A DNA stretch of 64,000 bases. Origin: the human T2T-CHM13v2.0 reference genome, Homo sapiens. Under the pieces are notes generated by a model. It worked only from the letters and a program-made list of their open reading frames with translations, searched no databases and was not told the origin of the DNA. How positions within the stretch are numbered: position 1 is the stretch's first letter; each line of letters begins with the position of its first letter. The DNA is taken from the NCBI RefSeq assembly GCF_009914755.1, contig NC_060931.1; one strand, 5' to 3'. Positions 62,421 through 64,000 of the stretch are shown here, piece by piece. The position numbers were made by a program, and so were the translations under genes.

Positions 62421-62690
62421 ATGCCCTCTATTTATATCAATATCATATTAGCATATACCATATCACTTCTGGGGATATTAATCTATCCATCCCATCTGAT
62501 AACATCCCTACTATGCCTAGAAGGAATATTATCATTATTCATCATAAATACCCTTATACCTTTAAATATATATTTCACCGTGGCATTCATAATACCCATT
62601 ACCCTCCTAGTATTTACAGCCTTACTAGTTTCCATCTCCAACACCTATAGCCTAGACTATGTATATAACCTAAATTTACTTCGATGCTAA
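62421..62690 (+). pseudogene. MT-ND4L pseudogene
   Basis: MPSIY...SLLCLEG...NLNLL; 270 nt, shorter than the functional gene. Confidence 0.9.
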
Positions 62691-64000
62691 AAATTATTAT
62701 TCCAACAATTATACTGCTACCAATAACATGATTCTCTAAAAACTCAATAATCTAAATCAATATGACTATTCACAGCCTAATCATTAGTTTCATTGCCCTA
62801 TTATTTATTAATCAATTCAATGACAATCTATTCAACTTCTCATTAACTTTCTCTTCTGATCCACTGACATCACCTCTCCTAATCTTAACAGCCTGACTAC
62901 TACCTCTTGTAATTATAGCAAGCCAGTACCACCTCTCCAATGAGTCACCCCCATGGAAAAAGCTCTATATTTCCATATTGATTACCCTACAATTTTCTTT
63001 AGTCATGGCATTCACAGCCACAGAACTAATTACATTTTATATTTCCTTTGAAGCTACACTTATCCCTACCTTAATTATTATCACCCCCTGGGGTAACCAA
63101 CCAGAACGCCTCAATGCAAGCTCATATTTCTTATTTTATACACTAGTGGGATCTCTTCCCTCTACTTATGATACTTATTTATACTCAAAATACCTTAGGT
63201 TCACTGAACATGATAATAATATTTAACACCCAAGAACTATTAATCTCCTGATCAAATAACCTTATATGATTAGCATGTGTTATGGGTTTTATAGTAAAAA
63301 TACCCCCATACGGACTTCACGTATGACTTCCTAAAGCTCATGTAGAAGCCCCTATTGCAGGCTCAATAGTACTTAGAGCAGTTCTCCTAAAACCAGGCAG
63401 CTACGGCATAATATGGCTTACCCTTATCCTCAGCCCCCTGACAGAATATACAGTCTACCCCTTCCTCATGTTATCCTTATGAGGGATAGTTATGATAAGC
63501 TCTATTTGTCTACGACAAACTGATCTAGAATCACTTATTGCATATTCTTCCACAAGCCGTATAGCACTTATTATTATGTCTATCCTCATTCAAACCCCCT
63601 GAAGCTTTACTGGTGCAATTACCCTCAAAATTGCCCATGGACTTCCTTCGTCCTTACTACTCTGCCTAGCAGATTCAAACTATGAGCGAATCCATAGCCA
63701 AATCATATTACCCTCCAGAGGGCTTCAAACACTACTCCCACTAATAGCCTTTTGATGACTTAGAGCAAATCTTATTAACCTTGCCTTACCCCCCACCATT
63801 AATCTAATGGGAGAACTCTTTGTAATGGTGGCTTCACTCTCCTGATCAAACATCACCATTATGCTTATAGGATTTAATATTAATCACAGCCTTTTATTCC
63901 CTATATATACTTATCACAATACAACAAGAAACACATATTACATTAATAGCATTAAACCTTCCTCTACACGAGAAAATATACTAATACACATACACTTTGC
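62684..64000 (+). pseudogene. MT-ND4 pseudogene (truncated by window edge)
   Basis: atgctaaaaattatt; [19 protein letters not shown] and [13 protein letters not shown] motifs; frameshifts. Confidence 0.93.

Larger units (their letters stand above)
60253..64000 (+). other. NUMT (nuclear mitochondrial DNA), tRNA-Lys to ND4, running off the window
   Basis: Vertebrate mitochondrial gene order K-ATP8-ATP6-COX3-G-ND3-R-ND4L-ND4; low-G L-strand composition. Confidence 0.97.

Noticed and set aside
60253-64000. Mitochondrial contamination or functional mitochondrial genes
   Set aside because: Frameshifts in COX3, ND3 and ND4, CpG-decay pattern, and contiguity with nuclear Alu and intron sequence

Overview
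Primate (human or great-ape-like) genomic DNA from a ZNF91-subfamily KRAB zinc-finger cluster. Contents: (1) an intact minus-strand 4-coding-exon KRAB-C2H2 gene of 524 aa that I recognise as ZNF479, with a long tail of decayed fingers past its stop; (2) upstream of it, a MaLR solo LTR, a MER41-type ERV (5' LTR plus internal) and a ~5 kb complex satellite with an internal orientation flip; (3) a full-length processed GPCPD1 pseudogene with 17-bp target-site duplications, nested in an old L1, carrying an Alu and an extra 57-nt stop-containing segment; (4) a diverged tandem copy (~44.1-60.0 kb) of the first ~15 kb, holding a dead ZNF last exon and a decayed vomeronasal type-1 receptor fragment that the first copy appears to have lost by LTR-LTR recombination; (5) an old NUMT (tRNA-Lys to ND4) fused to an Alu tail, with a clear nuclear CpG-decay signature. 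Most short ORFs in the track are Alu, L1 or low-complexity artefacts. Gene and repeat names come from recalled sequences, not database searches, and repeat boundaries are approximate.
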